NCBI GenBank assembly: GCA_963816145.1
Contig: CAWFJP010000030.1
Coordinates: 96,001-160,000 of the forward strand
Origin: an uncultured delta proteobacterium
GTDB taxonomy: Bacteria > Desulfobacterota > Binatia > UBA9968
Reading direction: 5' to 3'
DNA length: 64,000 bases
Below the pieces are notes generated by a model that was given only the letters and a program-made list of their open reading frames with translations, was not told the origin of the DNA and searched no databases. The translations under genes were made by a program, and so were the position numbers. The stretch's first letter is position 1, and every line of letters begins with the position of its first letter. This document shows positions 1-11,136 of the stretch, piece after piece.

Positions 1-2
1 AT

Positions 3-920
3 GACAAAGATTTTACTAGGTTTGCGGCACAACACACTGAACTACGGACAATTTACGTGACGCCGGCGATATCCTGGCACCCCACTGAACAACTTTCAGT
101 CGGCGCCGGACTGAGCTTTGTTCATGCTTCAGGAGTCTTCACACGACAACTTTGCTTCGACTCCGCGGCGTGTACCGCGGTCGTCGGCAGTCCGGCCGAG
201 GCGCACTTACGACTAACCGACACGCAGAATGCGTTTACTTACAATCTTGGTGTCCTGATAAAACCAACTGAAGCTATTAAGTTAGGATTTAGCTATCGTG
301 CCCGCGCTGACATTCGATTTAAAGATGCCGATGTAAAGCTTGGCGGTCCCGCTTTTGCGGCGAATCCCAGCACTAATGCAGACGTCCGGCCACTGCCACT
401 CCCACCCGTAATCAATGTCGGCGCTTTCTGGCAGATCACTCCGGAGTGGGGCTCGGAATTGGTCTACGAGTTCACCCGATGGAGTGAGTTCAAGAACTTT
501 AAGGCGACGTTTTCCCCCGTACCATTATTTTTCGGTTTCGCCCCAGTTCCTGGATTTAACTTGCCCGAAGATTGGAAAGATACCAGTAGCGTCAGGTTCG
601 GTAGCTTTTATACTGTAAATACGAGTTGGCAGCTACGTGGCGGACTCAGTTATGACGGTGGGCCATCACCCAACAGAACTTTAAATCCGTCGATTCCTGG
701 CGGTGATGCTATAACACTCAACGTTGGGGTCGGTTATAAATGGGACAGATTCGGCATCGATGCCGGTTATATGGCGGTCTTTTATAAGACCAGAAAAATA
801 ACCAACAACGAACTTGAAGGTATTCCGGCGACCGGAATCCCATATAATGGAGCGCCCGGCAAAGATAAATACGAGACCTTTAATAATTTTCTGTCGCTGT
901 CAGCAAGTTACCGGTTCTAG
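3..920 (+). CDS. OmpP1/FadL family outer-membrane transporter (5' end outside window)
   Basis: Frame is open from the window edge. Amphipathic beta-strands, FadL-like segments (TPAISW, WKDTSSVRFG, LRGGLSYD) and a C-terminal aromatic residue (SYRF). Confidence 0.8.
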   Translation, partial: DKDFTRFAAQHTELRTIYVTPAISWHPTEQLSVGAGLSFVHASGVFTRQLCFDSAACTAVVGSPAEAHLRLTDTQNAFTYNLGVLIKPTEAIKLGFSYRARADIRFKDADVKLGGPAFAANPSTNADVRPLPLPPVINVGAFWQITPEWGSELVYEFTRWSEFKNFKATFSPVPLFFGFAPVPGFNLPEDWKDTSSVRFGSFYTVNTSWQLRGGLSYDGGPSPNRTLNPSIPGGDAITLNVGVGYKWDRFGIDAGYMAVFYKTRKITNNELEGIPATGIPYNGAPGKDKYETFNNFLSLSASYRF

Positions 921-990
921 GCCAAATATCAAGGTCGATGAGCATTCCCGGTGGCGCAACTAGAACTCAGGTCCCGTAATGCCACGAACC

Positions 991-2709
991 TCAACTCCTC
1001 TTCCCCACCTTCGCCCACGCATCCCGCAGCGTCACCGAGCGATTGAATACTTTCATCGCATCCGTCGATTCCCGATCGACGCAGAAATAACCCAGTCGCT
1101 CGAACTGATAGCGGCCGCCGGGTTTGGCGCTAGCTAGACAGGGTTCGACGTGACAGGAAGTAAGTCGTTCCAGAGATTGTGGATTCATGTTGGCGAGCCA
1201 ATCGACGCCTTCGGGAACGTCATCGGGATCTTCCGCCGCGAATAGATGATCGTACAGCCGCACTTCAGATCCAAGCGCGTGAGCTGCAGACACCCAATGT
1301 ATGGTTGCTTTGACTTTGCGCTTACTTTGGGACGAACCGCTCTTGGTTTCCGGATCGAAGGTACAACGCACTTCGCACACCTCGCCGCTACTGGGATCTT
1401 TGACGACTTCGGTGCATTTGATGATGTAGGCGTAACGCAGCCGAACTTCTTTGCCGGGTGAGAGCCGGAAAAACCCTTTGGGCGGCTCTTCACGAAAATC
1501 GTCTTGCTCGATGTAAAGCTCGCGCGCAAACGGCACTTTGCGGGTGCCGGCACTGGGGTCCTCGGGATTGTTAATCGCTTCCAGCTGTTCGACCTGCCCT
1601 TCGGGATAGTTTTCCAACACGACCTTGATCGGCCGTAGGACCGCCATCACGCGCGGCGCGCGCTTGTTCAAATCTTCGCGCAGGCTATGTTCGAGCATGG
1701 CGATATCGACGGTGCTATTGCCTTTGGCCACGCCGATGCGTTCGCAGAAGTTGCGGATCGCTTCCGGGGTGTACCCGCGCCGCCGTATGCCGGCCAACGT
1801 CGGCATGCGTGGATCGTCCCAGCCGGCCACATGATTTTGCTGGACTAGTTGCAGCAGTTTGCGTTTGCTCAATACCGTATGGGTTAGATTGAGCCGGGCG
1901 AATTCGATCTGCTGCGGGTGATGAACGGCCAATCGATCCAAGAACCAATCGTACAGCGGCCGGTGATCCTCGAACTCGAGCGTGCAGATCGAGTGAGTAA
2001 TCCCCTCGATGGAATCCGACTGACCGTGGGCAAAATCATAGGTCGGGTAAATGCACCATTCATCGCCGGTACGGTGATGCGTCGCACGCAACACCCGGTA
2101 CATCACTGGATCGCGCAGATTGATATTCGGCGACGCCATGTCGATCTTCGCGCGTAGCGTTCGGCTGCCGTCGGCGAACTCACCGGCGCGCATGCGCTGA
2201 AACAGATCGAGATTCTCGTCTGCCGGGCGATCGCGATACGGGCTCTGTTTGCCCGGCTCGGTCAGCGTGCCGCGATATTGGCGCATCTGCTCCGCGCTGA
2301 GATCGCAAACGAACGCATGGCCCGCCTCGATGAGTTGAATAGCGAAGCGGTAGAGCCGCTCGAAATAGTCCGAGGCATAATATTCCCCGTCCCAAGCGAA
2401 TCCCAACCAGCGGACATCGTCTTTGATCGAATCGACGTATTCGACATTCTCCTTGCTCGGATTGGTATCGTCGAATCGCAAATTGCACTTGCCGCCAAAC
2501 TCCGCCGCCAAGCCGAAGTTGAGACAGATTGATTTGGCGTGACCGATATGCAGATAACCGTTGGGCTCCGGGGGAAAACGCGTATGAACCCGGCCTTGGT
2601 TTTTGCCTTGCTTAATATCCTCGACAACAATGTTACGAATAAAGTGCGACGGCGCCGACTCGCCATCGGCGTCGTCGTTGCTCCTGCTTTCCGCTTCCAG
2701 CTTATCCAC
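991..2709 (-). CDS. glnS: Glutamine--tRNA ligase
   Basis: [27 protein letters not shown] and QFERLGYF motifs; 572 aa. Confidence 0.97.
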   Translation of the reverse strand: MDKLEAESRSNDDADGESAPSHFIRNIVVEDIKQGKNQGRVHTRFPPEPNGYLHIGHAKSICLNFGLAAEFGGKCNLRFDDTNPSKENVEYVDSIKDDVRWLGFAWDGEYYASDYFERLYRFAIQLIEAGHAFVCDLSAEQMRQYRGTLTEPGKQSPYRDRPADENLDLFQRMRAGEFADGSRTLRAKIDMASPNINLRDPVMYRVLRATHHRTGDEWCIYPTYDFAHGQSDSIEGITHSICTLEFEDHRPLYDWFLDRLAVHHPQQIEFARLNLTHTVLSKRKLLQLVQQNHVAGWDDPRMPTLAGIRRRGYTPEAIRNFCERIGVAKGNSTVDIAMLEHSLREDLNKRAPRVMAVLRPIKVVLENYPEGQVEQLEAINNPEDPSAGTRKVPFARELYIEQDDFREEPPKGFFRLSPGKEVRLRYAYIIKCTEVVKDPSSGEVCEVRCTFDPETKSGSSQSKRKVKATIHWVSAAHALGSEVRLYDHLFAAEDPDDVPEGVDWLANMNPQSLERLTSCHVEPCLASAKPGGRYQFERLGYFCVDRESTDAMKVFNRSVTLRDAWAKVGKRS

Positions 2710-2803
2710 GCCCGGTTCTCCTTATCGAATCGATATTAGCATATCGTAGCCATTTTTGTAGCGCGCCGTTGACGCGATTTCCGACGCCTGTTAGCCTCAC
2801 TAG

Positions 2804-4219
2804 ATGGCACAAGTCAGAACCCGTTTCGCTCCCAGTCCGACCGGTTATCTCCACATCGGCGGTGCCCGCACCGCGCTGTTTAATTTTCTCTTCGCCCGTC
2901 ATCATGGCGGCAAGTTCGTCCTGCGTATCGAAGACACCGACCGCGAACGGTCGACCCCCGAGGCGATCCAGGCGATTCTCGACGCGATGAAGTGGCTGGA
3001 ACTCGACTACGATGAGGGGCCGTTTTATCAGACCGAGCGTTATCCTCTGTACAAGCAAAAGGTCCAAGAACTGTTGGCGATGGGCAAAGCCTACCCTTGC
3101 ACTTGCACCGCCGCCGACCTCGACGCCAAACGCCAAGCTGCCATGAAGGAAAAACGTAAACCGTCCTACGACGGCACCTGCCGGCCAGCCGAAGGCGTCA
3201 TTGCCGCCCTGCCGACTGACAAACCGTACACCATCCGCTTCCGCACGCCGCGCGAAGGGACCACCGTAGTCAAAGACTTGATCAAAGGCGATGTCGTCTT
3301 CGAGAACCACGAGCTCGACGATCTGATTATCGCCCGCACCGACGGCACGCCGACTTATAATTTTTGCGTCGTCATCGACGACATCGACATGGCGATCACC
3401 CATATCATCCGCGGCGACGACCACCTGTCCAACACACCGAGACAGATTCATTTTTACCAAGCTTTGGGCAGCCCCCTACCCCAATTCGCCCACGTACCTC
3501 TGATCCTCGGCACCGACAAAGCGCGGCTGAGCAAGCGCCACGGGGCCACTTCGGTAATGGCCTATCGTGACATGGGTTATTTCTCTGAGGCCGTGGTGAA
3601 TTATCTGGTCCGGCTCGCCTGGTCCCACGGCGATCAAGAAATTTTTACGCGCCAAGAATTGATCGACATGTTCGGTTTGGAAAGCGTCGGCAAGGCTGCC
3701 GGCGTTTTCAACCCCGAGAAGTTTCTCTGGGTCAATTTTCATTATTTGAAATCCAAACCGCTGCCGCAATTGGCCGAAGACGTCATTCCGTACATCCAAG
3801 CGAAGGGCTACCCGGTGCCGCAGGATCGCCAGTGGCTCGAAAAGATGATCGCCACCTTGCGCGAGCGCGCCAAGACTTTGGTTGAGCTGGTCGAGATGGC
3901 GCGTTACTACCTCGACGACCAAATCATCTACGACGAAAAGGCCGCGGCAAAGTTTTTGACGCCGGCCACGGCCGACAGCATGGCCGCCCTGGCTGGCAAA
4001 CTGGCGGCGCTGAGTGAATTCACCGAAGCCAACCTCGAGCATGCCTTCGCGAGCACGCTCGAAGAACTGGGACTAAAGATGGGTGAGCTGGCGCAACCCG
4101 TGCGCGTGGCCCTGACCGGTTCAACCGTGAGCCCCGGCATCCACGACGTCATCGCGGTCCTCGGCAAGGAAAGAACCGTTGCCCGGCTCAATCAAGCGGT
4201 TGCCAAAGCCAAAGCCTGA
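2804..4219 (+). CDS. gltX: Glutamate--tRNA ligase
   Basis: [27 protein letters not shown] and LSKRHG motifs; 471 aa. Confidence 0.97.
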   Translation: MAQVRTRFAPSPTGYLHIGGARTALFNFLFARHHGGKFVLRIEDTDRERSTPEAIQAILDAMKWLELDYDEGPFYQTERYPLYKQKVQELLAMGKAYPCTCTAADLDAKRQAAMKEKRKPSYDGTCRPAEGVIAALPTDKPYTIRFRTPREGTTVVKDLIKGDVVFENHELDDLIIARTDGTPTYNFCVVIDDIDMAITHIIRGDDHLSNTPRQIHFYQALGSPLPQFAHVPLILGTDKARLSKRHGATSVMAYRDMGYFSEAVVNYLVRLAWSHGDQEIFTRQELIDMFGLESVGKAAGVFNPEKFLWVNFHYLKSKPLPQLAEDVIPYIQAKGYPVPQDRQWLEKMIATLRERAKTLVELVEMARYYLDDQIIYDEKAAAKFLTPATADSMAALAGKLAALSEFTEANLEHAFASTLEELGLKMGELAQPVRVALTGSTVSPGIHDVIAVLGKERTVARLNQAVAKAKA

Positions 4220-4274
4220 CCACGCCAACTTGACTCTGTAATTCAATTCTTCTAGTTTGAATTCGCTGCGAAAT

Positions 4275-4350
4275 TGAGGAGTCGGCTAATTGGTAAGCCA
4301 CCTGACTCTGAATCAGGCGATTGTAGGTTCAAGTCCTGCCTCCTCAGCCA
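4275..4350 (+). tRNA. tRNA-Gln (anticodon CTG)
   Basis: Acceptor stem TGAGGAG/CTCCTCA, anticodon arm CCTGA-CTCTGAA-TCAGG, GGTTCAAGTCC T-arm, encoded CCA. Confidence 0.95.
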
Positions 4351-4351
4351 A

Positions 4352-4426
4352 GGTCCCATCGTCTAGCGGTTAGGACACCGGCCTCTCACGTCGGGAACAC
4401 GGGTTCGAGTCCCGTTGGGACCACCA
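4352..4426 (+). tRNA. tRNA-Glu (anticodon CTC)
   Basis: Acceptor stem GGTCCCA/TGGGACC, anticodon arm CCGGC-CTCTCAC-GTCGG, GGTTCGAGTCCC T-arm, encoded CCA. Confidence 0.95.
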
Positions 4427-4639
4427 GACTTAGTTAATTTTTAATTTTCCACTGCCCGGTTATTGTCCGGTCGCCGAGTCACATCCCCAGTCTCTCGACG
4501 GTCTTTTTCATCTGCTCGTCAAACCCGACAAAATGATACTCGTCGACAAGAGTTATCTCTATAATCTTTCGGCCCAACAGCTGTGGCAGAAAAAGCCATT
4601 GCGGCGGCGGCCCAAAGCCGCCAAGAAAAGGAAGCCAAG

Positions 4640-5176
4640 ATGACTCCTTTGCTGCTTCTACGCGCACTCGAGTTTGCCGCGCGCAAACACCGCGATCAGC
4701 GCAGCAAAGGTGATGAGGCCTCGCCTTTTATCAATCATCCAATCTCGGTGGCCTTGCTGATTGCCGAGATCGGAGGGGTCACGGACACGGACATCCTCGC
4801 CGCGGCGATTCTCCACGACACCCTGGAGGATACCGATACCACAGTCGAAGAGTTGGAAGCGCCCTTCGGTGTGCGGATTAGAAAACTCGTGGAAGAAGTT
4901 ACGGACGACAAGACATTTCCCAAGTACGCAAGGAAACGGCGCCAAATCGACCACGCCGAACATCTTTCAGCCAATGCCGTCTTGCTCAAGCTCGGCGACA
5001 AGATCGCCAACGTTGTCGATGTCACGCACTTCCCGCCAGCGAGCTGGAGTATCGATCGGCGTCGAGAATATCTCGACTCGGCAGAGGCAGTTGTCAGCAA
5101 TTGCCCGCGAGTCAACGCAGCGTTGGAGCAGCACTTCGCCCAGGCCCTTGAAGAAGGCCGGCGCAAACTGCTTTGA
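4640..5176 (+). CDS. HD-domain protein, Mesh1/small alarmone hydrolase-like
   Basis: ALEFAARKHRDQR, PFINHP, AAILHDTLEDT and LKLGDKIAN are typical of RelA/SpoT HD hydrolase domains. No synthetase domain. Confidence 0.85.
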   Translation: MTPLLLLRALEFAARKHRDQRSKGDEASPFINHPISVALLIAEIGGVTDTDILAAAILHDTLEDTDTTVEELEAPFGVRIRKLVEEVTDDKTFPKYARKRRQIDHAEHLSANAVLLKLGDKIANVVDVTHFPPASWSIDRRREYLDSAEAVVSNCPRVNAALEQHFAQALEEGRRKLL

Positions 5177-5375
5177 GGCAAATCTAGCATTGCTTGGTTT
5201 GAGAGTAGATTTAGAATCACTAAACGCTCGCCGCGCAGGTCGGGAGACAGCGGCAATCCGCGCGGCGGCGGTCGTGGCGCGATCGTGGGCTAGGCCGATT
5301 ATTCTGCCGGCGGATAGTCCGCCAGGAAAAGAAAACGCCTTAACAGGATACGTCCCGAATGGTCCGAGGTAATTC

Positions 5376-6690
5376 CAGGGTTGTCTATAGCGTGGTTCGC
5401 CAAAAGGTACCCGAGAAGTTCGTTTTTCCTTCGAGGAAAGTCATCTGACTCACTTTGGTGGGATGTGGCTCATCCAGCGTTTTTGCAACAAGCTGAGATT
5501 GAAGAAACGGCTTCAAGACTACGTCCGGCTGCCGCAAAGGCGTTCGGAATACCATTCCTCGGCAATGATCTTGGCACTGCTGTACGCGATCATTATGGGG
5601 CTGCGCCGCATCAACAAGACCGACATCCTGCAATACAACGGCGCGTTCTTGGAGATGCTCGGACTGAACAGATTCCCGGATCAATCGACCTTGCGCCGTT
5701 TTCTCAAGCGGCTGGCTCCTCAAAGCATCCGCCAAATCGCACGGCTGCACGACAGCCTGCGCGCCTATCTGTTTCCCTTGCCTCATCAGCGCAACTCGCT
5801 GGTCTTCGATGTGGACTCCACAGTCCTTATCATCTACGGCTGGGCCGAAGGCGCTCGCGTGGGATACAACCCCAAGAAGCCAGGCCGGCAGGTCTTACCA
5901 TCCCTTGCTTTGCTTCGAGGAAAGTTTCCAGGAGTTCTGGCATGGCAGCTTACGCCCAGGCAACGCCGGTGCTTCGACCGGTGCCGTGCCCTTTCTCAAA
6001 GTCTGTTTGGCGAAAGCCCCTTCGACCATCGCTCGCTCGCGTATGCGCTTTCGCATGGACTCGGGTTTCTACGGCAGCCGTGTGATTCGCTTCCTGGACG
6101 CCGCGGGATGCGGTTACGTGATGGTGGCGCGGGAGTATCGCAACATCAAGGCACGCGCCCAAGCTTGCCGCTTCCAAGCGCTCGGCAACGGCTGGCAGGT
6201 CGCCGAGTTCCAAGACAAGGTGCATCGCAACATGAAACGCTCGCCACCGCTTCGTCGTGGCGCGCCGTCCGATTCCTCAAGACCCAGAGGACGCGGCCCA
6301 ACTGACGCTGTTCAAGGATCGCAAGTACGCCTATCACGTCTTGGTGACCAATCTCACGCTGAGCCCCTGGCGCGTGTATCGCTTCTACAGTCTACGAGCA
6401 ACTATCGAGAAAAACATCCGGGAGTTTGTCTACGATTACCCTTTGGGCAAAATCCCAACCGATACTTGGACCGCCAATGTGGCCTTCTTCCAACTGGTGC
6501 TTTTCGCAGCCGACATCGTGCATTGGTTCAAGCGGCTGTGCTTACCGCCACAGTATCTGACGACAACGTTGGACAGCATCCGTACAGACTTTCTGGTGCT
6601 CCCAGCGCGACTGGTGCGCGAGAGCAAGCGCAATGTCGTCAAGCTGCCGCACGATTATCACTACCAGCGCGAGTTTATGCAATACGTTAT
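5376..6690 (+). mobile_element. IS1380-family transposase, frameshifted and 3'-truncated
   Basis: LTHFGG, PDQSTLRRFL, FDVDST, GYNPKK, YHPL, RMDSGFY and RATIEKNIRE motifs are spread over three frames (shifts near 5890 and 6245). Element ends are not clearly identified. Confidence 0.8.
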
Positions 6691-6927
6691 AATTTTACAT
6701 TGCCATCACCTCAGGCGGTCAAATGCTAAAGGACTTCGGCAAATTGCAATCCGAGAGGTCGGGCCATATCCGCGCGACAGCTTAGCCCAACTATCAAGTA
6801 CAGCCCTGACCCTCCAGACGCTTCGTCATGCGGAACACCATCTCACCTCTTTGTGTCGTCCCTGACGAGGCGCTAAGGTTGCCGTATCTCACGCCGCCGG
6901 CGCAGAGCATTTGCCGCAGGAGATTTC

Positions 6928-8214
6928 ATGACCACCACAAGGGGCGCATCACTGGGAAATATTTCACTTGCGGCCGCGATTGCCGGTTTGATCGCGACGG
7001 ACATTGCGCTGCGTCACGGTGCCGTGGCGGGCGCGAGTTGGCAAGTGATTCGCCAAGCGTTCGAGGCTGCGACCATCGGTGGTTTCGCGGATTGGTTCGC
7101 CGTGAGCGCGTTGTTTCATGAAGTTCCCCTGCCCCTGATTCGCCGCCACACCAATATCATCGTCAAGAACCGCCGGCGAATCGTCGAAGGCATAGCGGAC
7201 ATCGTGCAGAACCGCTGGCTGGCGCCGCATATCATTCGGGAGCATTTGTCGCTCTTTTCAGCCTCCCAATTTGTTTTGCATTATCTCGGGCAAGAAGAAC
7301 GTTTCGATAAGTGTCTAGGAATCATCCGCGACATCATCGGACAAATCGGGCGCGGGCTGGAAGCGTCTGAATTTGCCGGGTTTGTCGAACGCGTGGTCAA
7401 GGACCAACTGCGCGACATCCAATTCGCCAAACCGTTGGGCGGATGGTTGGGACAATATCTACGACGAGGCGATCACCATCGCGTCTGGGACGCTCTACTG
7501 ACCGCCGTGGAAAATGCGGCTCAAAGACCCGACTTGCAGCGACTCTTCCAAGGGATGATCAGCCGCGCACTGGACGAATACCACGCGGTAGGGTTCTTGA
7601 AACAGCTCGGCATCCAAATGGCCCGACGCCTCAACCTCGTGAACGAAGAGCAACTGGCTGCGATTCTCATCAGCAAAATGACCGAGGCCGTGCGCGAAGC
7701 CCGATCCGGTCCGTGCCATCCACTGCGATCTTGGGTCGACGCCATTATCATCGAATTCGCCGACAAGCTGGCCGGGGGCGACCAGGATGCATTGGCGATG
7801 GTCGAGAGTGCGCGGATCGCGCTGATCGAGGCAGCGGGTTCCGGCGAAATACTCCAGCGCGCATTGCGGCGGCTCGGTGCAACCATGGAGGAAGGGTTTA
7901 ATAACGTCGATTCGGATCCCAATCGGCTGCTGCGTCAAGAGCTGCACAGGCAACTCGATCTTTTCCGAGTGAATATCGCGGCCCAAGAACAACTCGATGG
8001 CTGGGTGAAAAACTTTGCGCTGGAGTTGGTCGAGCAGCGTCACGACATGATCGGAGAGATGGTCCGCAGCAGCCTCGAAAAACTATCGGATCTTGATTTA
8101 GTCAGGCAGATCGAAACCAAGGTCGGTCAGGATCTTCAATATATTCGATTGAATGGCGCGATCGTGGGCGGATTCGCAGGAGCCGTGCTGGCGATCATAA
8201 AAGTGCTGACATGA
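6928..8214 (+). CDS. DUF445 family membrane protein
   Basis: EAATIGGFADWFAVSALF near the N-terminus and DLQYIRLNGAIVGG at the C-terminus. Confidence 0.88.
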   Translation: MTTTRGASLGNISLAAAIAGLIATDIALRHGAVAGASWQVIRQAFEAATIGGFADWFAVSALFHEVPLPLIRRHTNIIVKNRRRIVEGIADIVQNRWLAPHIIREHLSLFSASQFVLHYLGQEERFDKCLGIIRDIIGQIGRGLEASEFAGFVERVVKDQLRDIQFAKPLGGWLGQYLRRGDHHRVWDALLTAVENAAQRPDLQRLFQGMISRALDEYHAVGFLKQLGIQMARRLNLVNEEQLAAILISKMTEAVREARSGPCHPLRSWVDAIIIEFADKLAGGDQDALAMVESARIALIEAAGSGEILQRALRRLGATMEEGFNNVDSDPNRLLRQELHRQLDLFRVNIAAQEQLDGWVKNFALELVEQRHDMIGEMVRSSLEKLSDLDLVRQIETKVGQDLQYIRLNGAIVGGFAGAVLAIIKVLT

Positions 8215-8310
8215 CTCCGCCTTTGCGAAGCATCCCTTTCACGATCAATGGCTTTGACGCCAAGATCATTTTTGACAGTATCAACTCAAGCCCGGCCGCC
8301 GGCCAACATT

Positions 8311-8390
8311 TTGAACGGAGCGCTTGTCCTGAGCGTAGCGAAGCGGAGTCGAAGGAAAGCGATTGAACGGCTTGAACGATTTGAACGGGC
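8311..8390. repeat. Intergenic REP-like element with TTGAACG repeats
   Basis: TTGAACG occurs at 8311, 8363, 8372 and 8381 (9-bp period for the last three), flanking CTTGTCCTGAGCGTAGCGAAGCGGAGTCGAAGGA. Confidence 0.45.
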
Positions 8391-8722
8391 TTCAGTTCTG
8401 TATGGGCGCGTGCTATCGCTTCTCTCTTGGAGTCTTTGTTTCGGCGCGAAAAAGCTTCGGCTAAGCCCTTAAACCGCCCGCATACTGCACCCTTCTTTTT
8501 GTAGATCAATGCTTTGCGCTGGTCCGAGAGCGACGCTGAGCGTGACGATGCAGGTGCCGCGGTCGGTATCGCATCGGGGGCAATGATCGCCTTGAGCTCG
8601 TCCTTCGAGACAAGGCTGCTCGGCAGGATGTCCCTCGGTATCGTTTTTATTCGTATCGTTTTTATTCGTGGACGCCATCGATATATCCGGATAAAGTTTC
8701 GGCGCAGCCCCTGAAGGTGCCC

Positions 8723-9718
8723 ATGCACAAACATTTAATGATGCGAGTGACGATAGCGGGTGGCTGCGCGCTCGCGTTGCTGCGATTCGGTGCCTGCGGC
8801 ATCGCGTCGGAATTCACTGCCGGCGCCGCCAATAGCGCCACACAGCCTTTGCCGATACGCGCACCCGAGAGGTTGTTCAGGGACTGTCCGGCTTGCCCGG
8901 AGATGGTGTGGATTCCGGGTGGACGGTTCGTCATGGGCGTGGCGCCGGGGGAAGAAGAGCGCGAGCAACTGGGCGAATCGTTTCGCCATCGCAGCCAGCC
9001 GCAGCGCGAGGTGACTGTGCGAAGTTTCGCTACCGGCAAATATGAGATCACACGAGGCCAGTACCGAGTGTTCGCCGAGGCAACGAACCGCGGCGGCGAC
9101 GGATGTTTTGTCTGGACTGGTAACGATTTCGCCATAGACAACACGAAGAACTGGCGCAATACCGGCTTTAGCCAGGACGACGCTCACCCGGCCGTGTGCG
9201 TCAGCTGGGAGGATGCCAACGCCTATGCGCGGTGGCTCAGCCGGACAACCGGAAAAAAATATCGCCTGCTGTCCGAAGCCGAATGGGAATATGCCGCCCG
9301 AGCGGGCGCCATGACGGCACGTTATTGGGGCAACGATGCCGACCAGTCCTGCGAGTATGCAAACGGCGCCGATCGCACCGCACAGGCGCAAATTCCAGAC
9401 GCGATCGCATCAAATGTCGCCAATTGCCGCGACCGCCATGCTTTCACCGCCCCGGTAGGCAGTTATCGCGCCAACTGGTTTGGCCTGCACGACATGCTGG
9501 GCAATGCGGGCGAGTGGACGCAGGACTGCTGGAACGGCGACTACAAAGGCGCGCCCACCGATGGCAGTGCGTGGGGCAGCGGCGAATGTTTCATGCGCGC
9601 CGTGCGCGGCGGCTCATGGGATGACAACCCGCTCGGCTTGCGCTCGGCGTACCGCGTTGGCAGCCCCATCGTCATCCGACTCTACAGCCGAGGCTTTCGC
9701 GTCGCGCGCGACGATTGA
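8723..9718 (+). CDS. Formylglycine-generating enzyme (FGE-sulfatase) domain protein, exported
   Basis: CPEMVWIPGGRF, HPAVCVSWEDA, RLLSEAEWEYAAR, GLHDMLGNAGEW, RGGSW and GFRVAR motifs. Confidence 0.9.
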   Translation: MHKHLMMRVTIAGGCALALLRFGACGIASEFTAGAANSATQPLPIRAPERLFRDCPACPEMVWIPGGRFVMGVAPGEEEREQLGESFRHRSQPQREVTVRSFATGKYEITRGQYRVFAEATNRGGDGCFVWTGNDFAIDNTKNWRNTGFSQDDAHPAVCVSWEDANAYARWLSRTTGKKYRLLSEAEWEYAARAGAMTARYWGNDADQSCEYANGADRTAQAQIPDAIASNVANCRDRHAFTAPVGSYRANWFGLHDMLGNAGEWTQDCWNGDYKGAPTDGSAWGSGECFMRAVRGGSWDDNPLGLRSAYRVGSPIVIRLYSRGFRVARDD

Positions 9719-9840
9719 CTCTAGCGCTAGCCATCAAATACTTTTAAAATCGCTTATTATTGGGCTGCCAAGGATGGTGGCCTTCGCTCCCGGCAATGAG
9801 TTTGGCGTGAAAGCCTAGTGCGTACGCGGTATTCCTCAAT

Positions 9841-11136
9841 ATGAAATACTTTGTCCTGATTGCTGCTTTGCTGATGAGCGCGCCGGTTTTCGGCGCCCTG
9901 CCGGGCGTTACGGAGTTAAAAATGCCGCCCGAAAAAATCCCCGACGCTGAACTCTCGGCACTGTTGGACGAGCGCGTCGCCGCAGCCGACGTTATCGCCA
10001 TCGGCGAAACGGTGCACGGCTCGTCGGCATTCCTGAAATTACAAGCACGCCTAATCCGTTACCTGGTTGCCAAGCACGGCTTACGGTTGATCGTCTGGGA
10101 AAACCCGCCGCTGCGCAGCCTCGAACTGAGCCGCTGGCTTGCCTCGTGCATCGAGACCAGGTCGCCGGCACCGGTGGCTGTGCTGTATTTCCCGACGGCA
10201 TCCGACGCCCCGTTGCTCGAATGGATGTGCGATTTCAACCGTTCCAACCCGGGCAATCCGATCATTTTCCGCGGCATGGATGTGTGGGACCGGCCTTGGG
10301 AACACTATGCGCGTATCCAGTCTCTGGGCATTCCTGTGGGGATCGATCCCGCGCGCCTCAAAAACGTCGAGAGCCACTGTCCCGCGCATCGAGCATCGAC
10401 ATGGGCGGAGGTCGACGCGGTTTTTGAAAACGTAGCAGCCGGCGAAAAATCTCTCCCCGACGCCGATTACCAAAAATGCCGCGCCTCGTTGACCGCGCTG
10501 CTCGACAGCGCGCGGCAATCGGGCCTGGAGAAGCAAAAGAAAAAAGCGCCGGGTGCCGATGATGCCTTTGAAGTGGCGATTTCCGCTTCAACCCTGCTGG
10601 GGTGGCTGGGCTATCACAACCAGCAGTGGTCGAACGATATCTTGAGCTGGAATGAACGCGACCTTGCGCAGGGCAGAAATTTGCTGTTGCTCATGGCCAA
10701 ACATGGTGCCACTCGCGCCATCCTATCGGCCCACAGCAGCCATGTGTCGCACAACCGCTCGCCGGCCGACTGGTGGGGCTACGGCGATCTTAAATCGGGC
10801 GTGTACTTTTTCACCCAGATGACCCGAAAAAAGGTTTTTAATATCGCGTTGACCGCTCACGAAGCCAGCGGCGCGCAAGGCGAATGGTCGCTGCCCACGG
10901 CTGGCAATTCGCTGGATAAAAAACTCACCGATGCCGGGCATGTGTTCTCGTTTTTCGCGTCAAACGCCGCTTTTTTGTCGGAACACAAAAAATGGTGGAT
11001 GCAAAACCAGAACTACCCAGGAACCTACGAAAGTGGCGTTGAACTTGTCCCGCCCGATCACTTTGACGCGTTTTTCTTTTTCAAACGGTCGCACCTGGAC
11101 AAGGCGTTGCCGGCGCGGCCGATGTGGCAGCCTTGA
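9841..11136 (+). CDS. Erythromycin esterase-like superfamily protein, exported
   Basis: Signal peptide; IAIGETVHG, IVWE, FRGMD and LSAHSSHV resemble Ere-family motifs. Confidence 0.7.
   Translation: MKYFVLIAALLMSAPVFGALPGVTELKMPPEKIPDAELSALLDERVAAADVIAIGETVHGSSAFLKLQARLIRYLVAKHGLRLIVWENPPLRSLELSRWLASCIETRSPAPVAVLYFPTASDAPLLEWMCDFNRSNPGNPIIFRGMDVWDRPWEHYARIQSLGIPVGIDPARLKNVESHCPAHRASTWAEVDAVFENVAAGEKSLPDADYQKCRASLTALLDSARQSGLEKQKKKAPGADDAFEVAISASTLLGWLGYHNQQWSNDILSWNERDLAQGRNLLLLMAKHGATRAILSAHSSHVSHNRSPADWWGYGDLKSGVYFFTQMTRKKVFNIALTAHEASGAQGEWSLPTAGNSLDKKLTDAGHVFSFFASNAAFLSEHKKWWMQNQNYPGTYESGVELVPPDHFDAFFFFKRSHLDKALPARPMWQP

Noticed and set aside
4400-4426. tRNA-Glu 3' end as the attachment site of the island
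   Set aside because: I found no repeat of the tRNA 3' end and no integrase in the window.
8639-8669. 15-bp tandem duplication TATCGTTTTTATTCG x2
   Set aside because: Only two copies in an intergenic region, with no supportable function.
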